The notes beneath the pieces were generated by a model. That model was not told the DNA's origin, ran no database searches, and worked only from the letters and a program-made list of their open reading frames with translations. From contig JADGHG010000002.1 of the NCBI GenBank assembly GCA_019689585.1, positions 1 to 52,945 of the forward strand: DNA of 52,945 nt, read 5' to 3'. This DNA comes from Clostridia bacterium (GTDB taxonomy: Bacteria; Bacillota; Sulfobacillia; RBS10-35; JADGHG01). Of the stretch, positions 52,896 through 52,945 are shown one piece after another; the first letter of the stretch is position 1, and the number at the start of each line of letters is the position of its first letter. The position numbers and the translations under genes are program-made.

Positions 52896-52945
52896 GGCGC
52901 GGGCCGCCAGGGCCGATCGCGCGGCGCGGGCCGCCAGGGCCGATC
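52896..52945. repeat. direct repeat GGCGCGGGCCGCCAGGGCCGATC, two copies with 27-nt period, cut by the window end
   Basis: Copies at 52896-52918 and 52923-52945. Confidence 0.6.

Overview
This is a very GC-rich chromosomal segment: hand counts on sampled lines give over 70% GC outside one island. About 55 genes are tightly packed, and many are joined by 1-nt (TGATG) or 4-nt (ATGA/GTGA) start/stop overlaps. The backbone resembles the Bacillota housekeeping block recJ - relA - dtd ... hisS - aspS. A candidate 6S RNA sits directly after aspS, and spmA/spmB spore-maturation genes are present. I infer a high-GC spore-former-like Bacillota lineage, but I cannot prove this without a database search.

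Other recognisable content:
- an orphan ccmH-ccmF cytochrome c maturation pair
- a peptide-uptake and peptidase cluster
- a long mixed operon: DUF72, class A beta-lactamase-like protein, ychF, two C-N hydrolases, amj
- a UbiD / UbiA-family / UbiX cluster
- mug, tRNA-Val(TAC), two MFS transporters and an IclR regulator

Two regions stand out:
1. A translationally coupled operon at about 44.0-48.8 kb. It combines a membrane coiled-coil protein, DUF1257-like and DUF2997-like small proteins, an unassigned 92-aa ORF, a Ycf46-type AAA+ ATPase and a CaCA ion exchanger.
2. A low-GC island at about 13.5-16.7 kb. It holds a decayed IS256-type transposase and a decayed type I R-M system surrounding one intact DUF3800 gene.

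Many long ORFs in the supplied track are antisense or out-of-frame artefacts of the GC content. I discarded them using motif recognition and third-codon-position GC read by eye. All family assignments come from remembered motifs, not searches.
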